From IMG/VR virus record IMGVR_UViG_3300031992_000010: a stretch of 64,000 bases of DNA. One strand, given 5' to 3'. Of this stretch, positions 27,031-35,981 are shown piece by piece. The notes under the pieces were generated by a model. The model was not told where the DNA came from and did no database searches. It worked only from the letters and a program-made list of their open reading frames with translations. Position 1 is the stretch's first letter. The number at the start of each line of letters is the position of its first letter. The stretch is from a virus. Its lineage: Duplodnaviria; Heunggongvirae; Uroviricota; Caudoviricetes. The translations under genes were made by a program, and so were the position numbers.

Positions 27031-27825
27031 ATGAAAAATGTATGTATGAAACCACGTAGTAAATCAGGATTAGTTAAAACATTAAAGGTACTCGTTTCAC
27101 AACGTGGATTGTGTGGTGATTTTAATGACATCGATGTTTCAAAGGTTTTCGATATGTCCGGATTGTTTGGTGAGGATGAGGATTTTATCGGTTTTAATGG
27201 TGATATTTCAAAATGGGACGTATCGAATGTTACTGATATGTCGAGAATGTTTTATGGTTGTGTAAAATTCAATCAGGATATTTCAAAATGGGACGTATCA
27301 AATGTTACCAATATGTGGGGAATGTTTTATGCAGCGTATGAGTTTGATCAGGACATTTCAAAATGGAATGTATCGAATGTTACCGATATGTATCGAATGT
27401 TTTGTTCGGCGATAGAATTCAATCAGGATATTTCAAAATGGGACGTATCAAATGTTACCAATATGTGGGAAATGTTTGCACATACGGACAAATTCGATCA
27501 ACCTATCGGTAAATGGGATGTATCGAATGTAAAAAATATGCAGGAAATGTTCTCTTTCTCCCGCAAATTCAATCAGGATATTTCAAAATGGGACGTATCG
27601 AATGTGAATAGTATGTATGCAATGTTTTCAAATTCCATTTTCAACCGGGATATCTCCGGATGGAACGTATCAAACGTGGAATATATGTCGTGGATGTTTG
27701 CGGATTCAAAGTTTAAAGGCGATATTTCAAAATGGGATTTTAATCCGAAGGTGGATAAGGAATCATTATTTTGGGAATCGTCATATTGTCCGGATGAATT
27801 AAGAAAACCCAAAATAATTGGATAA
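27031..27825 (+). CDS. DUF285-type repeat protein (FNQDISKWDVSNVTxMxxMF repeats)
   Basis: at least 8 tandem ~26-aa repeats matching the DUF285 surface-protein repeat signature. Confidence 0.6.
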   Translation: MKNVCMKPRSKSGLVKTLKVLVSQRGLCGDFNDIDVSKVFDMSGLFGEDEDFIGFNGDISKWDVSNVTDMSRMFYGCVKFNQDISKWDVSNVTNMWGMFYAAYEFDQDISKWNVSNVTDMYRMFCSAIEFNQDISKWDVSNVTNMWEMFAHTDKFDQPIGKWDVSNVKNMQEMFSFSRKFNQDISKWDVSNVNSMYAMFSNSIFNRDISGWNVSNVEYMSWMFADSKFKGDISKWDFNPKVDKESLFWESSYCPDELRKPKIIG

Positions 27826-27832
27826 TAATATT

Positions 27833-27922
27833 AAAACCACAAACCCGAAATTTGTGGTTTTTTTATTTAATTTCCCGGTATATCTTTATATATTAATATG
27901 TAAATTTTAAAGGAGTAAGGAT
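27833..27922 (+). promoter_or_regulatory. second copy of terminator AAAACCACAAACCCGAAATTTGTGGTTTTTTT plus promoter motif (~90-bp near-duplicate of 26941..27030)
   Basis: direct repeat flanking the DUF285 gene. Confidence 0.55.
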
Positions 27923-28123
27923 ATGACAAGGGAACAATTTTTTGAATTACCGCAGGAACAACAATGGGAAATTATTATGGATTACGGCCGTGAATGTTAC
28001 GGTGCAGGTGTGTCCGATACAACGTCATTCGAATGGGGTGTGGGTGATTTTAGTACCAAAGAAACGTTTGAGGATTATATTAGTTGTTACACAGTATATG
28101 CGGATGGAATTGTTGGATATTAA
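27923..28123 (+). CDS. hypothetical protein (66 aa)
   Basis: ORF track; GGAGTAAGGATATG. Confidence 0.4.
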   Translation: MTREQFFELPQEQQWEIIMDYGRECYGAGVSDTTSFEWGVGDFSTKETFEDYISCYTVYADGIVGY

Positions 28124-28134
28124 AATATAAGGAT

Positions 28135-28350
28135 ATGAACAAGGAGAATAAAAAATATACGGCGAAACGATTAGGTAAAGGTCTCTACCTATACCGGGGA
28201 TTCCGGATAGAATGTGTGGGATATTACAACCCCGATCACCGGGTTTGTTGGGAGGCCATTGATGAAAATGGCATAAACGGTTGGGCACATAGTTACACGT
28301 TGAAGGAGGTAAAACGGGAAATTGATGACGAATTGGATAAACAAAAATAA
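28135..28350 (+). CDS. hypothetical protein (71 aa; start trimmed from track ORF 28084)
   Basis: TAAGGATATG context. Confidence 0.4.
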   Translation: MNKENKKYTAKRLGKGLYLYRGFRIECVGYYNPDHRVCWEAIDENGINGWAHSYTLKEVKREIDDELDKQK

Positions 28351-28353
28351 AAA

Positions 28354-28500
28354 ATGATTAAAATAACGGCTACAACACAGGTTATAAACAAAAATACCGG
28401 AAAGGTTGAGCAAACCATTACGGAAACATATACCGGGTATCTTGCCCGTAAATATTTAAATACAACAATAAATATACCAAAATGGCAACGTACAAAATAG
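28354..28500 (+). CDS. possible small protein (48 aa), not in ORF track
   Basis: ATG ORF bridging the gap. Confidence 0.25.
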   Translation: MIKITATTQVINKNTGKVEQTITETYTGYLARKYLNTTINIPKWQRTK

Positions 28501-28688
28501 AGGATTGGCAACTAAAGGAGTTGGAGGAAATTGTCCGGGTTTCCCGGAATGTATACTATGGCCTGGATGCATTGATGAACGACGATGAAATTGCGGCCGC
28601 GATTGCCTCCAAACCGGAAACGTGTTACGTCCGGATGCTAAAGCATTGTAAGAAAATAATCAACGACGTTAAAAATCAAAAGGTATAA
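28482..28688 (+). CDS. hypothetical protein (68 aa)
   Basis: ORF track. Confidence 0.4.
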   Translation: MATYKIEDWQLKELEEIVRVSRNVYYGLDALMNDDEIAAAIASKPETCYVRMLKHCKKIINDVKNQKV

Positions 28689-28692
28689 TACC

Positions 28693-29154
28693 ATGGATCA
28701 AAAGAAAATACAGGAGATTCGTGATCGAATTGATCAACTAAACCGCAAATTACAGGCAAATCACGAGGCGTTCATTAAAAAAATGCACAAATTAAATGAA
28801 TGCAAACAGGAGTTGGAGGATGAGATCTTTAATGATATCCTCAACCAAATGAAGGAAAAATATCTTTGTAAGGCAATAAAGGTTGTTTCCCCCTTCGGAA
28901 CGAAATATTATTTCATCGTCGATATTCAAAAGGAGTATTCGGTGGAACAATGCAATTTCAAGTTAACCGGCCGCCTTGTTTCCGATTATAATAATGGTTC
29001 CATTAATTTGGAGTCGCCGAATGAATTGGAGGACATATACCCGGTGGAATGTACCGAGTTGAATTACGAACTTGCGACAAAGGATGAATTATTGGAATTG
29101 AAGGCCAAAATGAATAAAACATTCGACACCATATTTTCCGGGCTCCTTAATTAA
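28693..29154 (+). CDS. hypothetical coiled-coil protein (153 aa)
   Basis: ORF track. Confidence 0.45.
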   Translation: MDQKKIQEIRDRIDQLNRKLQANHEAFIKKMHKLNECKQELEDEIFNDILNQMKEKYLCKAIKVVSPFGTKYYFIVDIQKEYSVEQCNFKLTGRLVSDYNNGSINLESPNELEDIYPVECTELNYELATKDELLELKAKMNKTFDTIFSGLLN

Positions 29155-29207
29155 ATTTTTCGGTATATCTTCGTATATTAATATGTAAATTTTAAAGGAG
29201 TACGGAT

Positions 29208-29429
29208 ATGAATAGAACGGTTTACGATGTAATTTTGGCCGATACAAAAGGCCGTTGGAACGCGGTTAAAAATGCATTATGTGCATTGGATTCCTACGAG
29301 GATATACCCGGTGTAACACCGGCACAGGTTGTCGCCGCCATGAGGGGATATCTTACAACACTGGCATCCGAGTTGGAAAAGGATTACATCCACGACGAAA
29401 CGATGGCCAAAATGCATAGAAACATATGA
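29208..29429 (+). CDS. hypothetical protein (73 aa)
   Basis: ORF track; promoter motif. Confidence 0.4.
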   Translation: MNRTVYDVILADTKGRWNAVKNALCALDSYEDIPGVTPAQVVAAMRGYLTTLASELEKDYIHDETMAKMHRNI

Positions 29430-29617
29430 AGGTAAAAATTAGACATAATGACGACATCGAGGTGGAGGGTTTTTATATTGAAAGTAACGACACCCTCTAC
29501 CTCATAAAGGAACAGGCGGATGGAATCCACATAATCGAGTGTACCGATAAGGTGATTTTCATCCAGCCTCAAACGGCAAATTCATTGGTTTTAATCGATA
29601 AAAATAAATTGAAATGA
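29426..29617 (+). CDS. hypothetical protein (63 aa)
   Basis: ORF track; ATGA overlap. Confidence 0.4.
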   Translation: MKVKIRHNDDIEVEGFYIESNDTLYLIKEQADGIHIIECTDKVIFIQPQTANSLVLIDKNKLK

Positions 29618-29838
29618 CAACAACGATGGCCTTAATTTTAGCAACACTTTTTCTTGGATTGATGCTTTGCGCCATTTTTTCGGCGGTGGAACTATTCCGG
29701 GACATACAACCGACGTCATTCCAGCCGGAAATGAGAATAAAACACCAGGTTCTAAAAATCAACCTAATAAAATTGGTATTATATGCCATCCTGTTTGGGT
29801 TGTATGTGGGAATAGGTATAGGTTTAATTTTGGTATAA
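29614..29838 (+). CDS. small double-TM membrane protein
   Basis: ORF track; hydrophobic. Confidence 0.4.
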   Translation: MTTTMALILATLFLGLMLCAIFSAVELFRDIQPTSFQPEMRIKHQVLKINLIKLVLYAILFGLYVGIGIGLILV

Positions 29839-29839
29839 T

Positions 29840-30154
29840 ATGAGGACATTTTATAATTGTGATCATACATACCTTATCCTTGAAATCCATCAAACCGGCG
29901 AGGTGAGATCCATATGGGTTAAATCGGTGGTGGATAATGCCGGTTGGCTTGAACTCTTCGACGAACACGATGAGTTGATAATAATGGTGGATCCATGGGA
30001 TAAATTTGCCGATACCACATTTGATGATCAAATACGTTACTACGTCGGTTGGGAGGTATATTCCAAATATCATCAGGGTCAGGAAACCCCTGAGGTTTTC
30101 CACGCGCGTACCGTAACGGAATTTCATACAGGTTGTAGAACAATAAAAGAATAA
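29840..30154 (+). CDS. hypothetical protein (104 aa)
   Basis: ORF track. Confidence 0.4.
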   Translation: MRTFYNCDHTYLILEIHQTGEVRSIWVKSVVDNAGWLELFDEHDELIIMVDPWDKFADTTFDDQIRYYVGWEVYSKYHQGQETPEVFHARTVTEFHTGCRTIKE

Positions 30155-30158
30155 TATT

Positions 30159-30440
30159 ATGGTTGATAAAATGGAGCGGCAATTTAATTCGGTAAAGGAT
30201 GCACTTTATACCGTATGGCAAAATGGATATGACGAGGCCTGCCACGATATGTCGGCAAAAAACGGCTGGCATAATGCCGACGAAAAACCGGATAACGGCA
30301 AGAAAATCATCGTGGCATCATTGGATCCCGAATGGAATGGATGGGATTACTACGTAATCGATGTCGATACGAATGGGTATGCGTCATTGATGCCATCCGG
30401 CAACGATAAGTGGATGTATATATTTGAACCTAAACTATAA
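30159..30440 (+). CDS. hypothetical protein (93 aa)
   Basis: ORF track. Confidence 0.4.
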   Translation: MVDKMERQFNSVKDALYTVWQNGYDEACHDMSAKNGWHNADEKPDNGKKIIVASLDPEWNGWDYYVIDVDTNGYASLMPSGNDKWMYIFEPKL

Positions 30441-30455
30441 ATCATAACCAATGTT

Positions 30456-30486
30456 ATAATCCCGGTTCGAGTCCGGGTTGGGGGTC
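30456..30486 (+). other. tRNA-like 3' fragment (T-arm CCCGG-TTCGAGT-CCGGG plus TTGGGGG acceptor 3' strand); no matching 5' half
   Basis: GGTTCGAGTCC T-loop consensus with a 5-bp stem; the complementary CCCCCAA is absent within 100 nt. Confidence 0.35.
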
Positions 30487-30577
30487 GTATGAAAGTACCG
30501 TCATAAATGGTTGGCGGCAAACCTCGATTAACAATTGGAAGGTTCCTCATTGGTTGTGATTTTTAAAATTTTTATAT

Positions 30578-30886
30578 ATGGAAAAAACGGATTTTTTACA
30601 AACATTGGAAGGTGATTTATGCAAGGTAACCGGGAAGCCGGTGGAGGTAATTTTGGACGATGGTAATAAGGCCGAGGTAACACCTACCGTACCGGACGCC
30701 CCTGTTATTATGGCCCCTATTATTGTGGATACCACACATCTCACAAAAACGGCTCCACTCACACCCATCTATACCGATCATCGGCCAGGTAAAAACCGCG
30801 GCCCGCAGGAGCCAAAATATACACATAAACAATACCAAAAGGCACGTACAAAAAAACGTAAGGCACGCCGAAAAGGCCGTCGATAA
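30578..30886 (+). CDS. hypothetical protein with highly basic C-terminus (KKRKARRKGRR)
   Basis: ORF track. Confidence 0.4.
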   Translation: MEKTDFLQTLEGDLCKVTGKPVEVILDDGNKAEVTPTVPDAPVIMAPIIVDTTHLTKTAPLTPIYTDHRPGKNRGPQEPKYTHKQYQKARTKKRKARRKGRR

Positions 30887-30924
30887 ATATATTATTAATT
30901 TAGAATATTAAAAAAATATCAACA

Positions 30925-31134
30925 ATGATGACCCCGGAGGATAAAAAATATTTGGAAACCCATAAGGATTCCATCGTGGCAATAACACAGGTAGGCAATT
31001 CCATCATATTAATCCACGATGATGGTGAAACCCATAAGATTGAATGCGATGATATCGAGGCGACATATAAGGAGGTATGTTCAATAAAAAATTTCAGACC
31101 TCATTTAATTTCCCCCGAAACTTATATATATTAA
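30925..31134 (+). CDS. hypothetical protein (69 aa)
   Basis: ORF track. Confidence 0.4.
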   Translation: MMTPEDKKYLETHKDSIVAITQVGNSIILIHDDGETHKIECDDIEATYKEVCSIKNFRPHLISPETYIY

Positions 31135-31164
31135 TACATAACAAACATATAGGATAAAACCATA

Positions 31165-31545
31165 ATGGATGCGAAATTAAAAAATATATTGGTCAGGGAA
31201 GTTTCCATGCGGCTCCCGTTTGCCACCTGGTTGGAATTTGATGGTACAATATCCGGTCGCATTGGGAATATTGAGGTTGTACCTCATTTTAATAATACTG
31301 ATTTTCCACAGGAATTGGATGCATGGGTGGATTTATTCGGTGATGGGGATAAATTAAATATCGCCTATTTTAAACTCCTATTGCGCCCCACGTCGGACCT
31401 AACGGAGATGGAGCGTAAGGAATTGGAAGGATTAAAAACGGCCCGGGAACGCCACATGTTTTATCTTTCGCATCATATCGACGACGGTGAATTGATCCGA
31501 ATGGGTCTTGCCAAACCGGTAACATATACATATTATTTCGCATAA
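31165..31545 (+). CDS. paralogue family C-related protein
   Basis: C-terminal HHIDDGELIRMGLAKP. Confidence 0.4.
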   Translation: MDAKLKNILVREVSMRLPFATWLEFDGTISGRIGNIEVVPHFNNTDFPQELDAWVDLFGDGDKLNIAYFKLLLRPTSDLTEMERKELEGLKTARERHMFYLSHHIDDGELIRMGLAKPVTYTYYFA

Positions 31546-31597
31546 AAACCCGAATATAAAATCAAAACAATTTATAAACATTTAAAAATCAATAAAT

Positions 31598-32419
31598 ATG
31601 AAGAAAATTTTTCAAAAAATGGTGCTCCTTATGAGCGTGGTGGTTATGATGGCAAGTTGTGCCGCAGTGGATTCCGGTGAGGTGGGAATCAAATTCAAAA
31701 AATTCAGTGTTGACGAACAGGGCGAACTTGTGGCAACCCCTTGTAGTGGGTGGAACGTTTACAACCCTTTCACGACAAGTGTTTATAAGTATCCGGTGTT
31801 TGTCCAACGAAAGGACTATGAATCATTCGATGTAACGTCCAAGGATGCGGCCGTATTTAAAATGGACCCGAACATTGCATATCAGTTGGATAAATCCAAG
31901 GCGGTTGATATATTTAAGAAATACCGTGTAAATCTACAGGACATTGAGGACGGATTTATGCGTACGGTCATAAAGGATGCGTACCGTATTACCGCCAATA
32001 GATATTCATCCGACTCGTTGATGTCCAACCGGGCACGTTTTGAAGGTGAGGTTCGTATTATGCTTGATTCATCCCTTGCAAAAGAAGGATTTATCGTTAC
32101 GGAATTTACCTCACAAATTGATCCGCCCGAGTCCCTATCGAAGATGATCGAGGAGAAAAATGCGGCAATACAATCGGCATTGAAGGCTGAAAATGAGGTA
32201 AAAGAAGCGGAGGCCAATGCAAAAATAAAAATCGCAAGGGCTGAAGGTGATGCGCGTGCGATGAAAATTAAGGCCGATGCGGAGGCGTACTACAACCGGA
32301 CAATATCGGCGTCCCTATCCCCTATGATAGTACAGGAGGACTGGATAGAAAAGTGGGATGGAAAATTACCCCACTATCAGGCCGGACAAAATGGGTCGAT
32401 TATGATGAATTTTAAATAA
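31598..32419 (+). CDS. SPFH/band-7 (prohibitin/HflC-like) domain lipoprotein
   Basis: signal peptide with lipobox-like VMMASC; GEVGIKFKKF SPFH-type N-terminal region; Ala/Glu/Lys-rich coiled-coil tail. Confidence 0.55.
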   Translation: MKKIFQKMVLLMSVVVMMASCAAVDSGEVGIKFKKFSVDEQGELVATPCSGWNVYNPFTTSVYKYPVFVQRKDYESFDVTSKDAAVFKMDPNIAYQLDKSKAVDIFKKYRVNLQDIEDGFMRTVIKDAYRITANRYSSDSLMSNRARFEGEVRIMLDSSLAKEGFIVTEFTSQIDPPESLSKMIEEKNAAIQSALKAENEVKEAEANAKIKIARAEGDARAMKIKADAEAYYNRTISASLSPMIVQEDWIEKWDGKLPHYQAGQNGSIMMNFK

Positions 32420-32474
32420 TATTATATAACACATCGAGGTGGGTATTTACCCACCTCATTAATCAACAATACAT

Positions 32475-32771
32475 ATGAATATTTTTGCAATAGTAATACC
32501 GGGGATTCTTAATTTCCTATGTTGGTTCCTACACCTGAATGCAACACATAGAATGAGTGTATTAAAGTTCCTTATGATTGTGTTGACATCAATATGTCCT
32601 ATATTAAACTTTATAACATTGGTGGCATTCATAATTTGTGCGTGTGTGCGCGCCGGCGATATCGACAATTGCCGGGAAATAGGTTCAAATCATCCTTGGG
32701 GGTTTGGGGAGGAATATGACTATACCACATTCTGCGGAAGGATACTGTTATTTTTCACCCTGGATAGATAA
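32475..32771 (+). CDS. small polytopic membrane protein
   Basis: ORF track. Confidence 0.4.
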   Translation: MNIFAIVIPGILNFLCWFLHLNATHRMSVLKFLMIVLTSICPILNFITLVAFIICACVRAGDIDNCREIGSNHPWGFGEEYDYTTFCGRILLFFTLDR

Positions 32772-32859
32772 TACAAGGATAATATCAAATAATGACCTTC
32801 GGAATTAAATTTCCCGGGGTTTTTTTATATATTAATATGTAAATTAAAAGGAGGTAAAT

Positions 32860-32985
32860 ATGAAAACGATGGTTGAAATTTGGAAATCAATGGACAGGAA
32901 CGAACGTGTCGAATATGTAATGTCAACGGTATGTTTCGTTGGAGCCGGATTCTTTATGTATGTAATGAGTTGGATTTTTTGTTAA
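32860..32985 (+). CDS. possible 41-aa TM peptide, not in ORF track
   Basis: promoter motif plus AAGGAGGTAAATATG RBS. Confidence 0.35.
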   Translation: MKTMVEIWKSMDRNERVEYVMSTVCFVGAGFFMYVMSWIFC

Positions 32986-32998
32986 AATATAAATAATT

Positions 32999-33451
32999 AT
33001 GGATCAAATTGCCAAAAACATTGTGGGCATCGCCGTGGATTTTATAAAAAGCGGCATCTACGTATTTGAAATCAACGACACGGCCGGTAATAACATTCTT
33101 ACCGCCGATGGATTCCTTGACACCTCATACACAAACTCCGACGAGGATTATTTCGACCATTATGTTGGTATCGGTATGGCCTGGAATCAAACCTGCTCGA
33201 ATGAAGGTGTATGGGATGAGTTTGAGGAAAAGTTTTGTAAACATATACCCGACGAGAACGTACAACCCATACTTAATCCGGATGCATTCAAGGAACCGTA
33301 CGAGGCAAAAAAGGCAACGTGTGTGGTTGATACCGATGGAAATATCCTGGGCGATGTTAAAATAAAATCGACATATATTGTCGTTGATGAACACGGGGAG
33401 ATTTGTTATCTGCCTGATGGAATGTATCACAATTTAACAAAGGAAAACTAA
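32999..33451 (+). CDS. hypothetical acidic protein (150 aa)
   Basis: ORF track. Confidence 0.45.
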   Translation: MDQIAKNIVGIAVDFIKSGIYVFEINDTAGNNILTADGFLDTSYTNSDEDYFDHYVGIGMAWNQTCSNEGVWDEFEEKFCKHIPDENVQPILNPDAFKEPYEAKKATCVVDTDGNILGDVKIKSTYIVVDEHGEICYLPDGMYHNLTKEN

Positions 33452-33753
33452 TGGCTAAAAAAATTAAACCAATATTACTACCAAATCGATACGGGGATAA
33501 GAATTATCTTGTCCCGTTACAGGAATGGAAAGGTGATGCCATCACCAAAGGCGCATATAAATTCGAAGGTGATAAAAACGCCGGGGATACAATGCGTTTC
33601 ATTTTGGGTGACGATAATAAATCCATCGAGGCATTCGATCCATCCGGCGGTCCTATGTTGGGCATCGGCGATGAGGTAAGACCCGGTGAAAAAATAACCG
33701 GTATTGTATTTAAAAAAGGTGAAGGATTAATAATTTATACAACGATTGATTAA
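33451..33753 (+). CDS. hypothetical protein (100 aa)
   Basis: ORF track. Confidence 0.45.
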   Translation: MAKKIKPILLPNRYGDKNYLVPLQEWKGDAITKGAYKFEGDKNAGDTMRFILGDDNKSIEAFDPSGGPMLGIGDEVRPGEKITGIVFKKGEGLIIYTTID

Positions 33754-34843
33754 AATGTACGGGACTGTGGAAAATATATGGGATGCATTGAATAAACTTC
33801 GTGACGAAGGATTAATAAGTATTCGCCGTCACCCGGTATATCCAATAAGTGTCATCAAATACACCGCGGAGGCAATGTATGATGGATGGCTGAAAGGACC
33901 TGAATCCCATAATTATCCTTATACATTATTGCCATACCTGCGTGGTATTGTAATCGACGACAAAGGTAAAATTGTCAGCGGTTGTTTGAAAAAATTCTTC
34001 AACGTGGAGGAATTACCGGAAAACGAGGCCGATTATATTATGGCACACGCCAACGCCATTACCGAGAAGTTTGATGGTACCTGTATGTTATTGTCGGAAT
34101 ATGACGGTGAAAAATTCTTCCGTACATTGGGATCGTTTGATTCCGGGCAGGCCTTAAATTCAAATAAACTATTTCTCACCACCGTTTCCAACCTGAACAC
34201 CCGGAAATATACATATATGTTTGAATATATATCACCGGAGGACCGTAAGGTGGTAAACTATGGTAACGAAACACAACTTGTATTTATATGTCGAATCGAT
34301 AACGAAACAGGCCGGGATGAATTTTTTGAGGAGATTAATGATGATGATATATTTTCATTAATGGATTTTAAACACGTCATAATTCAACACCTGGATAAAA
34401 ATATATCGGCATTAAAAGGTCTTGATATCGATAATGCGGAGGGATTTGTTATCCGTGCGGAGAATGGGGCACGTATGAAAATCAAATTCGAAAACTACCT
34501 TGAAAAATTCCGTTCAAAGTTCCAATATACCATCAACGATGCACGGATGGATTGGCTTGAAAATGCCGGCGGAGATTATGATAAACTTGCCGCCGAATAT
34601 AAGTGGGACGAGGAAATGGCGACATATGTTAAAGGATTGTTTGCCCGCTGGGATGACCAATATGAGGCAACCCGGAAGGTGATATATGATATTTATGCAC
34701 AATATAAGGATCTTCCAACGATAAAGGATTTCGCCATGGCGGTAAATGAAAATCCATATCGCGCGGCCTTGATAATGTTATATAAAAACAAAAACCGGGA
34801 CTGTATGGGGTGGATAAAAAAATTCGTCATAAAATCAAAATAA
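33746..34843 (+). CDS. rnlA: RNA ligase 1 (T4 RnlA-like)
   Basis: nucleotidyltransferase motif I TEKFDGT; N-terminal stretch YLRGIVIDDKGKIVSGCLKKFFNVEE parallels T4 Rnl1 [30 protein letters not shown]; C-terminal MKIKFENY parallels FKIKSDWY. Confidence 0.6.
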   Translation: MIKMYGTVENIWDALNKLRDEGLISIRRHPVYPISVIKYTAEAMYDGWLKGPESHNYPYTLLPYLRGIVIDDKGKIVSGCLKKFFNVEELPENEADYIMAHANAITEKFDGTCMLLSEYDGEKFFRTLGSFDSGQALNSNKLFLTTVSNLNTRKYTYMFEYISPEDRKVVNYGNETQLVFICRIDNETGRDEFFEEINDDDIFSLMDFKHVIIQHLDKNISALKGLDIDNAEGFVIRAENGARMKIKFENYLEKFRSKFQYTINDARMDWLENAGGDYDKLAAEYKWDEEMATYVKGLFARWDDQYEATRKVIYDIYAQYKDLPTIKDFAMAVNENPYRAALIMLYKNKNRDCMGWIKKFVIKSK

Positions 34844-34894
34844 TATTAAATTTTCAATTCAATAGGAATATATTAATAAAAAATTATTTATAAT

Positions 34895-35980
34895 ATGAGA
34901 AAATTGGCAAGTATAAGAACAATTAGTTCAACCTACCCAATTAAAGGTAAGGATCGTGTTGAAATGGCCGTTGTCGACGGTTGGACCTGTATGGTAAGCA
35001 AGGCTGACAATTTTAAGCCGGGTAGTCCATGTGTATTTTGTGAACCCGATTCGGTTTTTCCACAAACGGAAAGATGGGAGTTCCTAAAAAAATACAACTA
35101 CCGCATCAAAACACAAAAATTCAAGGATGAGGATGGCAACGCCATTTATTCACAAGGTTTGGTACTCCCAATGAGTGCGGTAACCGGTGGAAAGGTGGGC
35201 GACGACGTAACGGAACAATTAGGTATCACCCAATACGAGAAAACCATGGATATCGAAAAGGATGAACCGGTTAAATCAAAAAATCCTTTGATGAGATACA
35301 AATGGTTCCGTAACCTTAATGCCAAACTATTCGGCAACGTGGTTACCCGCGAACGATTCCCGGAGGAGGTATCAAAAACCGACGAGGAACGTATCCAAAA
35401 CTGTCCTAACAAACCGGCATTGTCCGCGATTTGGACCATGACCGAGAAGGTTGACGGCCAATCGGGCACATTCCTATTGAGAAAACATAAGGGGTTGTTT
35501 GGTACCAAATATGAGTTTGTTGTTTGTTCGCGTAACTTTAAGACCAATAATAAAAATACCTCATATTGGAAATGTGCGGAAAAATACCACATTGAGGAGG
35601 CATTAAAAAATATTATTGGCGATAACGAATGGATTTGCCTTCAAGGTGAATGTCTTGGTCCTGGCATTCAAGGCAATAAGTATAAGTTTACCGACTATGA
35701 ATTTCGTGGGTTTAATTTGATTACACCAAAGAAACGTTTGGGTAGTGGATATTCGGCGGAATTAATGGCGGAACAAAACATTCCGTGGGTACCAATACTT
35801 GGTGAAATTTCAGGTGATCAATTAATGGAATTGGGTGTTGATGGTATATTAAGGGCGGCAAATGGACCTTCCAAATTAAATCCGAATACCAAACGTGAAG
35901 GTATTGTATTTAGAAGTACCAATGGTACACTATCATTCAAGGCGGTTTCACCGGAATTTTTGATCAAATATAACGAATAA
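34895..35980 (+). CDS. ATP-dependent RNA ligase of the NgrRnl/DraRnl type (Rnl5-like)
   Basis: N-terminal MRKLASIRTISSTYPIKGKDRVEMAVVDGWTCMV...FKPGSPCVFCEPDSVFP signature domain; lysyl-AMP motif TEKVDGQS. Confidence 0.5.
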   Translation: MRKLASIRTISSTYPIKGKDRVEMAVVDGWTCMVSKADNFKPGSPCVFCEPDSVFPQTERWEFLKKYNYRIKTQKFKDEDGNAIYSQGLVLPMSAVTGGKVGDDVTEQLGITQYEKTMDIEKDEPVKSKNPLMRYKWFRNLNAKLFGNVVTRERFPEEVSKTDEERIQNCPNKPALSAIWTMTEKVDGQSGTFLLRKHKGLFGTKYEFVVCSRNFKTNNKNTSYWKCAEKYHIEEALKNIIGDNEWICLQGECLGPGIQGNKYKFTDYEFRGFNLITPKKRLGSGYSAELMAEQNIPWVPILGEISGDQLMELGVDGILRAANGPSKLNPNTKREGIVFRSTNGTLSFKAVSPEFLIKYNE

Positions 35981-35981
35981 T

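Noticed and set aside
30410-30490. Complete tRNA gene
   Set aside because: Only the T-arm and 3' acceptor strand are present; no D-arm, anticodon arm or complementary 5' acceptor strand could be built. Kept as a fragment.
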